Assembly: GCA_023205875.1 (NCBI GenBank)
Contig: CP060756.1
Span: 1,426,001 to 1,490,000, forward strand
Length of the DNA stretch: 64,000 bases
Reading direction: 5' to 3'
Origin: Chloropicon primus
Taxonomy: Eukaryota
The position numbers were made by a program, and so were the translations under genes. The notes beneath the pieces are model-generated. The model made no database searches. It saw only the letters and a list, made by a program, of their open reading frames with translations, and was not told where the DNA came from. Positions within the stretch are counted from its first letter, which is position 1, and each line of letters starts with the position of its first letter. Below, one piece after another: positions 31,212 to 41,609 of the stretch.

Positions 31212-32891
31212 ATGGAGTACGTGATACCATGTGGAGCGCTCGGGATTGCGCTTGCGCCAGGGGTGAGCATCGCGGTGAAGCTGGCGACGCTTGCGGGCTT
31301 GGCGACCGTTGTGACGCACATTCCCATGGTTGCGGCCATGTGGAGACACAGGACGGTGCCGACGGCCGGGAGGCCTCTGCCGTTCGTCGGGAACATGCTC
31401 GAAATCTTTGATGTGAGGGGCGACGGCGTCGACCTTCACCTGCTCTACGACGAGTGGGCGAAGGAGTACGGACCCGTCTTCAAACTCTTCATCGGCACGA
31501 GGTGCGTGATCGTTGCGGCGGATCTGGACCTGGTGAGAGAGGTGACCCTCCGCAAGTTTTCCGCGTTCAACGCCCGGGCGGGCCCAAGCAGAGACTCGGA
31601 GACGAAGGTGCTGGGCGAGCAGGAGAGGAAGCAGGCAAAGTACTCGATCTTCAACACGAAGAACCCGATGCTGTGGAAAGGACTGAGGTCCAATGCCAAC
31701 GCAATCTTCCACTCTGTGGACAAGATGGCAGGCTTCGCGCCGCTCATGAAGTCCACCGCCGACGAGCTCGCGGACAGGCTCGCCTTGGTGAAGGAGGGCG
31801 AGTCCGTGGACATCTGGCGCTTGTTTGGGGACATGACGTTGGACGTGATCGGCAGCACAGTCTTCGGAGTGAGGTTCAATTCGATTCACAGCCCAGAGGG
31901 AGCAGAGGCGGTGAAGGCGGCGAGGACGATATTCAAGTACAATATCCTGGGAGGAAACCCGTACGTGATGGCCGCGTTCGCGTGCCCTTCCTTCCTTCAG
32001 CCGGCGCTGAAAACCTTGTCGGAGAGGTATCCCACCAAAGCGATGAGGGAATTGAGCGAGGCTCGTGGCCTTATCCACGAGATCAGCGAGCAAGTGTACA
32101 ACCTCGCGACCGCCGAGGAGGACAATGCGCCTGCTGGCCCCAATGACGCTGAGCCTGCCGCCGGCAAGAAACTGAGTGACTCGTACCACTACAACGGGAA
32201 CTCCTTCCTCAAGCTATTCATCGAGGGCCGCAACAGAGACACAGGCGCGCCCCTCCAAAAGCACGAGATACTCCCACAGGCCTTCATCTTCCTGCTAGCC
32301 GGATATGAAACGACCGCCAACACGCTGGGATCCACGATCTACATGCTCACGCAGAACAAAGAAGCCGAGGAGAAGCTCATTGAGGAAATCGACAGGCTGG
32401 GAAAGGGCAAGCCAGGGCTTCCCTCCATCGAGGAGCTGAAAGATTACAAATTTTTGGATGCTGTCCTGAATGAGGTCCTCAGGATCATGGGGCCAGCCCC
32501 CCTGTTTACCCGGGAGGCGCTGAAGGACGTTGATATGAGCCACGGCGGAGTCGGTCGCATTGTCAAGGGCACTTCGGTGCACATCGCGTCGCACAGTTTG
32601 CACATGAACCCAAAGCATTGGCCTGAACCAAGACGCTTCCTCCCCGAGCGATTCGTGGAGGGCACGAAAGCCTACGCGGCGCAGAACCACAAGGCGTGGA
32701 TGCCATTCGGCTCAGGGCCGAGGATGTGCGTGGCCTCGGGGTTTGCGTTGGTGGAGGCCAAGCTCGCGCTCATCACCCTGTACAGGAGGTTCAGGTTCGA
32801 GCACGCCCCAGGCCACAAATTCGTGACAAAGATGATTCTCACCGTGGGCCCGGTCGACGGAATACAGGTCCTCGTGAAGAAGAGGGAGTGA
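31212..32891 (+). CDS. Cytochrome P450, CYP711 clan (copy 1)
   Basis: FLLAGYETTA I-helix, ExxR (EVLR), PERF, heme motif PFGSGPRMCVA. Confidence 0.92.
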   Translation: MEYVIPCGALGIALAPGVSIAVKLATLAGLATVVTHIPMVAAMWRHRTVPTAGRPLPFVGNMLEIFDVRGDGVDLHLLYDEWAKEYGPVFKLFIGTRCVIVAADLDLVREVTLRKFSAFNARAGPSRDSETKVLGEQERKQAKYSIFNTKNPMLWKGLRSNANAIFHSVDKMAGFAPLMKSTADELADRLALVKEGESVDIWRLFGDMTLDVIGSTVFGVRFNSIHSPEGAEAVKAARTIFKYNILGGNPYVMAAFACPSFLQPALKTLSERYPTKAMRELSEARGLIHEISEQVYNLATAEEDNAPAGPNDAEPAAGKKLSDSYHYNGNSFLKLFIEGRNRDTGAPLQKHEILPQAFIFLLAGYETTANTLGSTIYMLTQNKEAEEKLIEEIDRLGKGKPGLPSIEELKDYKFLDAVLNEVLRIMGPAPLFTREALKDVDMSHGGVGRIVKGTSVHIASHSLHMNPKHWPEPRRFLPERFVEGTKAYAAQNHKAWMPFGSGPRMCVASGFALVEAKLALITLYRRFRFEHAPGHKFVTKMILTVGPVDGIQVLVKKRE

Positions 32892-32965
32892 GGACAATCA
32901 ACCCAGATCTTAAGATAATCAACAATTTCATTTACTTTTCCTATGCATTTCGCACCCTGGTCGCT

Positions 32966-34689
32966 TCAAGCGAGTCGCTTTCGGACAAACACACGAACGC
33001 CGTTCACGGGGGAGAGCGTAACTCCCATCGCGGTTTTGAATTCGTGCTTGGTGTCGTAATCGAACCTGTACTTCTTGTACAACGTGATGAGTGCGAGCTT
33101 GGCCTCCGTCAGAGCAAAGTTCGACGCGACACACATCCTTGGGCCCAAGCCAAAGGGGAGGTGGGCCCTGTGCACTTGCTTCTCGTAGATCTCGCTGCCC
33201 TCCACGAAGCGCTCGGGCAGGAACCTCTGAGGCTCCGGGAAGTACTTCTCATTCCAATGCAAGGAATTCATCGTCAGGTGCACCGTAGTGCTCTTGTACA
33301 CGGACAAGCCATGGATCGTCAAGTCCTTGGAGGATTCTCTCGTTGTGAGCGTCGCCGGGCCAAATACTCTAAGCACCTCCTTGACAACAGCTTGGAGGTA
33401 CGTGTAATCTTTCAGTTCCTCGATGGAGGGAAGCCCTGGCTTGCCCTTTCCCAGCCTGTCGATCTCCTCGACGAGCTTCTCCTCGGCCTCCTTGTTCTGC
33501 GTGAGTAGGTAGATGGCGTACGCCAATGTATTCGCCGTAGTCTCGTAACCCGCGAGCAGGAAGGTGAAGGCCTGGGCGACAACCTCATCCTTGGAGAGAT
33601 TTTTGTTCGTCTCCCTGTTGTGACCCTCGATGAAGAGCTTGAGAAAACTGTTGCCGTTGTAGTGGTACGGGTCATCTGGCGAGCCAATTTGCCCGCTCTG
33701 AGCGAGATCGAACACCTGGTCGCTCACTTTGCCGAGATGCTCTGCTGCCCAAAATTGCTCTCTCATCGCTTGGGTTGGATACCTCTCCGCGAAGAATTGA
33801 AGAACCGGGTGGATGAACGAAGGCGTCACCAAAGCCAGCAGTAAGTAAGGGTTGTTAAAGGAGAAAGGGCTGGAATTCTTGAAGATGATCCTCGCGGCCT
33901 TCACCACATCCGCGCCCTCCTCCTTCACACTCTTGAACCTCACTCCGAAGACCGTGCTGCCCACCACGTCCAAGGTCATGTCCCCCAGTGCCCTCCAGAT
34001 ATCCACGGACTCCCCCTCCTTCACTTTGCCAAGCCTTTCCGAGAGCTCCTGGGCCGCCTCCATCATCAGGGGTGCGAAGGACGAGAGTTGCTCTGCCGAG
34101 TGCAGAATACCGTGCGCGATGCTTCGGATGCCTTTCCAGTAGGTGTCCTTGGCGCGCAAGATCCCGTAACGTTGCGAGTTCTGTATGGTGGGATGAAAGA
34201 ATTGCAGAAGGCCCGTAGGAGGCAGCGCGCGATTCGTGAACGCTGAGAAGTGCCTCAATCCAATCTCTCGGACACTCTCCACGTCATTGAAGACGAGCAC
34301 GACGTTGTTTCCCATGAACCACTTGAAGGTCTTTCCGTACTTTCTCTCCCAGACCACGTACTGCTCGTGCAAAGCCTTTGTTTTCTTTGATATGTTCCCG
34401 ACGAGGGGCAAAGGCATCGGGCCTGGGAAGTGTCTGTACCTCCAGAGGTTCCAGAGCATCTTGTGGTGCCAGTACACCGTAAGCAAGGCCGCGCACGCCA
34501 GCTGAAGAGACAGACCAAAGAAGAACGACCGTCCGTTAGATTCACCACCGGAACGCACAAGCACAAGCCAAACCAACAAGTCCCTCCCCTCCACTCCACT
34601 CGTACCGCTCGAAGTGTAACGCTTCGTTCTGGCGTCAGAGCGATTGCGGCCACCGCCCCCAGCGTCCCTGCCAGCGCCACGGAGTCCAT
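32966..34689 (-). CDS. Cytochrome P450, CYP711 clan (copy 2), 2 exons: 34689-34606, 34501-32966
   Basis: FLLAGYETTA, EVLR, PERF, PFGLGPRMCVA; first exon MDSVALAGTLG joined in frame by a GT-AG intron. Confidence 0.92.
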
Positions 34690-34853
34690 CCTCCCCTCGT
34701 GTCGTCCGTTTCCGCTTCGTTTCGCGCGCGTCTTGTCTCCAACACTGTTCCACTTTTGCTGGAGCTGAAAATAAAATCATCTAACGCTTCGCTTTTTGCT
34801 TTTCGCTCTCGAGGGGCTGGCGACGACGAGGCCCGAGGTTGTTGTTGTTGGGC

Positions 34854-36443
34854 ATGAGCATGATGTTAGGGGCGACGGTGGGGGCGGCTGTTGCTGCGAT
34901 AGCCTATGCACCGCTGGAGACCAAGTCCAAGTGGTTGCTGGTCTGTGGCGCGGCGGTGGCGTACGCTTCGAGAGATTTGGTGAGGGCCATGTGGAAGCTC
35001 AGGAAGGTGCCGGGGCCCTTGCCCTTGCCCTTGCTCGGCAACGTTCTGTCCTTCGCCAATCAGGAGATTCACCTCACCTACGCCAAGTGGCACCTGCGTT
35101 ACGGAAAGACTTTTAAGTGGTGGGCCGGTCCTTACCCCGTGATTGTGACCTCGGACCTCGAGGTCGTCCATCGGGTGGGCCTCCGAAAATTCAGCCAGTT
35201 TAAGAACCACACCCCTCTCCCTGACCACGTCGTCCCTCTGTTCCCTGGCGAGATGAAGGTGATGAGGTTCGGGATGGACGTGAGCCGAGACTTGAGGTGG
35301 AAAGGTTTGAGGAGCACCGCCAATTCCATTTTCAGATCGAGGGAGGTCATGTCGGCCTTCGCGCCGCTGATGAAGGCCTCCGCTGACGCCCTCTCGGAAA
35401 GGCTGGGCAGAGTGAAGGAGGGGGAGTCCGTGGACATCTGGAGGGCTCTGGGGGACATGACTTTGGATATCCTGGGTACCACCGTGTTCGGCGTTCGCTT
35501 CAATTCCGTGCAGAGCGAGGGTTCTGAAGCCGTCGAGGCAGCGAGGACCATCTTTAGAATTCGTATTGCCTCGTTCGAGTGGAATCCGTACTTGGCGCTC
35601 AGCCTCATCACGCCCCGTTTTCTTACCCCTTTGCTGGTCTGGCTGTCCCGGAAGGCGCCGACAAAAACGATGAAGGAAGCCGACTGGGCGGTTGGCGTCC
35701 TTGCTCGCTTGAGCGAGGCGATGTACGAGGATGCCAAGAGGGGGCTCGAGGAGGGCACAAGCGATCACCAGAACTTCCTCAAGCTGTTCATTGACGCTCA
35801 CAATCGAGAGACGGGGGACCTCCTGACCCAGGACGAGGTGAAGGCTCAAGCCATCTTGTTTCTCCTCGCGGGTTACGAGACCACGGCGAATACATTGGCG
35901 TATGCCATCTACCTCCTCACGCAGAACAAGGAGGCCGAGAAGAAGCTCATCGAGGAAATCGACGGGCTTCGCTGTGCGACTCCTTCACTAGAGGAGCTCA
36001 AGTCCATGGTGTACCTTGAGGGCGTCGTGAAGGAGTCCCTCAGGCTTTATGGTCCGCTGCCGTTCACGGATCGACAGGCTTCAGAGGAAGTCGAGCTTGG
36101 CGGCGGCGTTGTGGCCCTCAAAGACCAAATCGTGCTCATCGACACCAGGGCCATGTCGCTGGACGAGGCGTACTTCCCGGAGCCTCAGAGGTTCCTGCCC
36201 GAGCGCTTTGTGGAGGGCAGCGAGATCTACGAGAAGCAAGTGCACAGGGCCCACACGCCTTGGGGCATTGGCCCAAGGATGTGCGTGGCCGCCGACTTTG
36301 CGTTGGCGGAGGCCAAGCTCGCGCTCATCACCCTGTACAGGAGGTTCACGTTCGAGCACGACCCAAAGTACGAGTTCAAGACCTCCATGGCGGCTACTCT
36401 GGGTCCCGTCAATGGCGTGAGAGTGTTCGTGAACAAGAGATAG
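34854..36443 (+). CDS. Cytochrome P450, CYP711 clan (copy 3)
   Basis: PGPLPLPLLGN, FLLAGYETTA, ESLR, PERF, PWGIGPRMCVA. Confidence 0.92.
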   Translation: MSMMLGATVGAAVAAIAYAPLETKSKWLLVCGAAVAYASRDLVRAMWKLRKVPGPLPLPLLGNVLSFANQEIHLTYAKWHLRYGKTFKWWAGPYPVIVTSDLEVVHRVGLRKFSQFKNHTPLPDHVVPLFPGEMKVMRFGMDVSRDLRWKGLRSTANSIFRSREVMSAFAPLMKASADALSERLGRVKEGESVDIWRALGDMTLDILGTTVFGVRFNSVQSEGSEAVEAARTIFRIRIASFEWNPYLALSLITPRFLTPLLVWLSRKAPTKTMKEADWAVGVLARLSEAMYEDAKRGLEEGTSDHQNFLKLFIDAHNRETGDLLTQDEVKAQAILFLLAGYETTANTLAYAIYLLTQNKEAEKKLIEEIDGLRCATPSLEELKSMVYLEGVVKESLRLYGPLPFTDRQASEEVELGGGVVALKDQIVLIDTRAMSLDEAYFPEPQRFLPERFVEGSEIYEKQVHRAHTPWGIGPRMCVAADFALAEAKLALITLYRRFTFEHDPKYEFKTSMAATLGPVNGVRVFVNKR

Positions 36444-36515
36444 ACAGGGTGACGAGGTTGCGGACCGCAGTCAGGAGATCCGAGACAAGAATTGTATTTC
36501 ACTTTAGATCTTTGT

Positions 36516-37070
36516 TCACGCGCCCTTGTCGAATTCCTCGCCCTTCAAGTACTTGAGGATGTTCTCGGGGGACGAGGCGCCGTACGGGTCGTCGTCCACG
36601 CTCCCGTTCTCGCACTTTCCAGGTTCCACGAAAGTCTGCTCGATCTTCATGTCGTTGGCCACGACGGCGTACCTCCAGGACCTCTGGCCGAAGCCGTGGT
36701 TGTCCTTCTGGACGTTCATGTTCATGGCGTTGGTGAACTTGAGGGAGCCGTCGGGGATGACCTTGACGCTCTTGAGATCCTGGGCCTGGGCCCACTTGTT
36801 CATGACGAACGAGTCGTTCACGGAAAGGCAGTAGATCTCGTCGATCCCGAGCTTCTTGAACTCCTCGGCGTTCTTCTCGAACCCGGGGAGCTGGTACGTG
36901 GAGCAGGTCGGGGTGAACGCGCCCGGCAGGGAGAAGAGGACGACCTTCTTCCCCTTGAAGTAGTCCTCGGAGGTGAACGTGACCCACTTGAAGGGGTTGT
37001 CCCCCCCGATGGATTCGTCCCTCACCCTCACCATGAAGTCCACCTTCGGGAGCGTGTCTGGCAAACTCAT
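36516..37070 (-). CDS. Type II peroxiredoxin (Prx5 family), bacterial-like
   Basis: VLFSLPGAFTPTCS, SVNDSFVMNKW, GFGQRSWRY. Confidence 0.92.
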   Translation of the reverse strand: MSLPDTLPKVDFMVRVRDESIGGDNPFKWVTFTSEDYFKGKKVVLFSLPGAFTPTCSTYQLPGFEKNAEEFKKLGIDEIYCLSVNDSFVMNKWAQAQDLKSVKVIPDGSLKFTNAMNMNVQKDNHGFGQRSWRYAVVANDMKIEQTFVEPGKCENGSVDDDPYGASSPENILKYLKGEEFDKGA

Positions 37071-37109
37071 GACCTCGTGTCGTGCGTACGCGTCGCCCTC
37101 CTCCTCCTC

Positions 37110-37153
<44 letters not shown>

Positions 37154-37445
37154 GGGTCAGTTTGGTTCTAGGGTTGTGATGTCATGACGTTCGCGATGTG
37201 AGTGTAACGCTCGTCCTCTGTGGTTTACATTCCCCTGACGCGCGTTGGGATGCGGATCCGACCGAGGAGTCATGCTCGTGTGACGGTGTCGAGCACACGG
37301 CGTGACCGACCGTGAGGGACAGGACGACGCCGGCGCAGAACGAACGGGGAGCCGGCGACGAACACGGACACGGACACGGACGAGGACACGGACGCACGCA
37401 CGGACGGACGGACGGAGAGACTTGAGGACTTGAGGACTTGAGAAG

Positions 37446-38531
37446 ATGAAGGCGATTATTTTGGTGGGAGGGTTTGGGACGAGGCTGAGGCCGCTGACGT
37501 TGTCCGTGCCGAAGCCCCTGGTGGACTTTGCGAACAAGCCGATGATCCTGCACCAGATCGAGGCCCTGAAGAGGGCCGGGGTGGACCACGTGATTCTGGC
37601 GATCGCGTATCAGCCGAACGTCATGATGGACTTCCTGAAGGAGTACGAGGAGAAGCTGGGGATCAGGATCACTTGCTCGGAGGAGAAGACCCCGATGGGG
37701 ACGGCTGGGCCGCTGGCGATCGCGAGGGACCTGCTGGACGACGGCACGGGCGAGCCCTTCTTCATGCTGAACGCGGACGTGATCTGCGAGTACCCTCTGC
37801 GGGAGGCGCTGACGTTCCACCGCGGGCACGGGGGCGAGGCGACCATCCTGGTGACCCGGGTCACGGAGCCCAGCAAGTACGGCGTGGTGGTCTTCGACGA
37901 GGGCTCCGGGGCCGTGGACCGGTTCGTGGAGAAGCCCAAGGAGTTCGTGGGCAACAAGATCAACGCGGGAATTTACGTGCTGTCCCCCTCGGTGCTGAGC
38001 AAGGTCGAGATGAGGCCCACGTCGATCGAGAAGGAGGTCTTCCCCCTGGTCGCCCAGGAGAACAAGCTGTACGCCAAGGTCCTGGAGGGGTACTGGATGG
38101 ACGTGGGCCAGCCCAAGGACTACCTCACGGGCCTCGACCTGTACCTGGGCAGCCTCGCCAAGAGCGGGTCGGGCCTCCTGGCCAAGGGAAGCCACGTCTC
38201 GGGCAACGCGATCATCGACCCGACCGCGGTCGTCGGCGAGGGCTGCGTCATCGGCCCCAACGCCTGCATCGGCAAGGACTGCGTGATCGAGGACGGGGTC
38301 TGCCTGAGGAACTGCATGGTGTTCCCGGGCACCAGGATCGGCAAGCACAGTTGCGTCACCGGGTCGATCATCGGGTGGAAGAGCCGGGTCGGCCAGTGGG
38401 TCAGGCTCGAGAACATGTGCGTCTTCGGGGAGGACGTCCAGTGCAAGGACGAGCTGTACGTGAACGGCGCGGTCGTCCTGCCCCACAAGGAGATCAAGGG
38501 AAACGTCTCCAAGCCCGAGATCATCATCTGA
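37446..38531 (+). CDS. VTC1: GDP-mannose pyrophosphorylase (mannose-1-phosphate guanylyltransferase)
   Basis: [49 protein letters not shown]-terminal left-handed beta-helix. Confidence 0.96.
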   Translation: MKAIILVGGFGTRLRPLTLSVPKPLVDFANKPMILHQIEALKRAGVDHVILAIAYQPNVMMDFLKEYEEKLGIRITCSEEKTPMGTAGPLAIARDLLDDGTGEPFFMLNADVICEYPLREALTFHRGHGGEATILVTRVTEPSKYGVVVFDEGSGAVDRFVEKPKEFVGNKINAGIYVLSPSVLSKVEMRPTSIEKEVFPLVAQENKLYAKVLEGYWMDVGQPKDYLTGLDLYLGSLAKSGSGLLAKGSHVSGNAIIDPTAVVGEGCVIGPNACIGKDCVIEDGVCLRNCMVFPGTRIGKHSCVTGSIIGWKSRVGQWVRLENMCVFGEDVQCKDELYVNGAVVLPHKEIKGNVSKPEIII

Positions 38532-39470
38532 GAGAGATCTGAGAGAGAGAGAGAGGTTTTGGATGAGGTGAGGAGGAATATAGGAGGAATGTCGTCGTGC
38601 GAGAGAGGAGGAAAGCAAGCAAGCAAGCAAGCAGCTCTTTCGTCGTCGTTGTTGTTGTAATACTTTTTCGAATTTGTTTGTTTTTTCAAGAATGAAACGG
38701 ATCAAAGAATGAAACGATCGATCGTCGGTCGTCTTCGTCTTCGTCGAGAGAGAGTTGTCCCAGAGAGTTGTCCCAGAGAGTTGTGAGTGGTTTCCTGCTG
38801 AAAGCCTTTAATGACTCCACGTATCCCCTCGACACCTCGCCGGCCGGTGTGTCGTCGTCCAAGTCTTGGCCGGATGAATGGAAGGAAGGAGAACGAGAGT
38901 CGAGTGGATGAGAGAGTCGAGTGGATGAGAGAGGGTAGGGTAGGGTAGGGTAGGACCCCCTTCGCCGAGGCCCCGCGGGCCCTCCTTGGGTCCAGGAGAA
39001 AGGAAGATATTTCCGAGTTCTTAGAAAAGTTCGTCAACTTAAGAGGGTGTTTTCTACTCTTCTCTCCTTTTGTGGCTCTCATCCTTCCCATTGGTGGAAC
39101 CCAGCGAGGGATTTCTACACAAGCGTGGGATTTCTACCAAGAGACCGATAAGAACACGATAAGACAGGGGTGACGGGGACGAGAAGACGACCACCACAAC
39201 CACGAACAACACGAACACGAACACGAACACGTACACGACACAACACGCTTTCAGGGGGGGGACAACAACACACAACCCTTCCTTCCTGCCCTAACACACG
39301 CACAACACAACCGCTTCCTTCGCTTCGTACGTGTTCGCACTTGGTTTCGCGAGCGACCGAGGCACCGGGGCACCAGACTTGAAAAAACGCGTGGTGTTTT
39401 GTGCGTTTCGCGGGAACCCAGCCCAAGCCAACCCAAGCGAACTCAACTCAACGTGGCTCCGACGTACGCC

Positions 39471-39884
39471 ATGACAGCAGGAGCAGCAGCAGCAGCGGCG
39501 GCAGCGGGGGGGGCGAGGGTTCTGAGCAGCAACCCCCGGACGCGGTCCCGCTTTGGGATGATGAGGATGACGAGCAGCTCCTCCTCCTCGTGCTCGGTGC
39601 GCTCGTTCGCGCTGTCCCACCACCACCACGGCGGCGACCAGGCGTCCACCTCGTCGCCCTCGCCGACGAACCTGTCGGCGATGAGCTCCAAGGTCAACCT
39701 GTCCCTGCAAGCCCCGAGCTGCCCGGTGAACATGAGGCTGGAGAAGGAGCTGATGTCCGCGGGGGGGGAGGGGTCGGGCCTCCCCCTCGAGGTGCGGCGC
39801 CTGGCCGGGGACTTTGTGGACTCGGAGGAGTGCAGCTCCGTCCCGCAGGGGTGGTGGAAGTGGTGGCGATACCAGGGCCTGTGA
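39471..39884 (+). CDS. Hypothetical protein (~137 aa) with transit-peptide-like N-terminus
   Basis: GC-rich coding-like ORF from ATG 39471; Ala/Ser/Arg-rich N-terminus; C-terminal GWWKWWRYQGL; no recognisable family. Confidence 0.45.
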   Translation: MTAGAAAAAAAAGGARVLSSNPRTRSRFGMMRMTSSSSSSCSVRSFALSHHHHGGDQASTSSPSPTNLSAMSSKVNLSLQAPSCPVNMRLEKELMSAGGEGSGLPLEVRRLAGDFVDSEECSSVPQGWWKWWRYQGL

Positions 39885-40045
39885 GGGCTCCTGCCGGGGG
39901 GGGGGAGCAGCGCGGGGATGAAGCTTGTACACTATACACACACGGACCAGTTTTGGAGTAGAAGGAGAAACAGAAAGGGGAAACACACAAAAAAAATGAA
40001 CTCTTCTTTTCTTAACACGATGCTTTTCATTTTCCAAAACTGTCC

Positions 40046-40230
40046 TCACCGCCGCGCCGACGAGGTCCTCGTCAGCTCCCTCTCCGTCCTGTGCTCCGGC
40101 GTCTCCCTGTTCTGGTAGTCGATGTGGACGAAGGCCCTCTCCACCTCGTCGAGGGCCTCGATCTTGTGCTGGAGGTCCAACCCAATGTCGTGGGAGTGCT
40201 GCACGCTCATGTTCGCCTGCGCCGTCGCGA

Positions 40231-40273
<43 letters not shown>

Positions 40274-41341
40274 CCAACAACAACAGAGTCAGCAACAAGA
40301 AAGACGGCGACAAAATCCCAAGGCCGCTGCCGCTGCGGCCGCTCTCTCCGTGCGCCTACTCACCGGGAGGATCACCTCGAGCTCCACAAAGTACTTTTGC
40401 CCGAAGAAGTAGGCCCGAATCTCGTCCGGCATGAGCATCTTGTGGTGGTTGTCCGCCATGTCCTTGATCACCTGGACAAAGGTCTCGTCCGCGCCCTTGC
40501 CCACGAGCTTGTCCGTGTGCTCCATCGCGACCACGATCCACCTGACGATGATGTAGACCGAGATGAGCGCGCCGCCCGCCGAGTCCACCCACCAGACCTG
40601 GGGCAGGTTGCTGGCCAGGGCCGCCGTCAGGAGGGCCACGCAGTTGGACAGGATGTCGTTCAGGTGGTCCTCCGTCAGGGCCAAAGCCGCCCCGGACTTC
40701 TCCTTCATCGTGGAGCAGAAGACGAAGAGGGCGATCTTCGCCGCGGTGGCCACCCCGAGGACCGCGTAGGCGACCACGTCCAAGTGGATGAACGTGGGCT
40801 CCTTGTCCACCAAGCCCCTCCACAGCGTGAGGACGGAGCTCTGGATCACCTCGATGGAGCAGACGGACATGATCCCCGCGGAGATGATGACGCCTATCGT
40901 CTCCAGCCGCGTCTTTCCCACGGGGTACCGCGGGTCCGCCACCTTCATCTTGTACTCCGCGAGCGCGAGCACGAGCTGGGAGAGGATGTCGACGACCGAG
41001 TCCACGAGGGAAGCCATGATGGAGTTCGAGAGCGTTACGACGTAAATCATGAGCTTGGCCACGAGGAGCACGACGTTGGCGCCCAGGGAGAGGTAGATCG
41101 CGAACTTCACCCGCCTCTCCAGCCTCAACTCCGCGGGCGTGCCCCCCTCCCCTCCCCCGCCCGTGCTCGCCCCCCCCGCCTCCCCCTCGGTCGGGTCCAC
41201 CCCCGCCAGGAGAGGCTGCCTGATCTGCGCCACGTTCGTCCTGTCCGAGCTGTCGGCGGCCGACCAGACCTCGATGTCCGAGGCCTTGCTCCCCACATAC
41301 GAGCCCTCCGTGAATATCTGCACCTTGCAAGACGTGCTCAT
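40046..41341 (-). CDS. MTP: Cation diffusion facilitator, Mn-CDF (MTP8-11-like), 2 exons: 41341-40364, 40216-40046
   Basis: ASLVDSVVDILSQ, YPVGKTRLETIG, EDHLNDILSN, IRAYFFG, second exon SHDIG...VERAFVHIDY...PEH. Confidence 0.9.
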
Positions 41342-41609
41342 GACGACACGACGAGACGAGACGAGACGAGAGAACGCCCTCGGGCCTCGGCCTCTGCCCC
41401 TCCGGTAACGCTTTTTGTTTCGGGGAGAGAGGTGAGAAATCAATCCTGGCCTGGCAGGCTTGGCTCGGGCTCGCCGGAGGGGAGACAAGAGAAGAGACGA
41501 GACAAGAAGAGCAAGTCTCAATCGATCAAGACGATCTTCAACAACAAAAACAACAAATCCATATAATTTACGAACTTAGTGAATCAGAAAAACGGCGAAC
41601 AAAACATGC

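Noticed and set aside
38680..38930. Short direct duplications (aagaatgaaacg, gagagttgtccca, gagtcgagtggatga) as CRISPR or transposon ends
   Set aside because: Adjacent slippage-type duplications without unique spacers, terminal inverted repeats or a transposase
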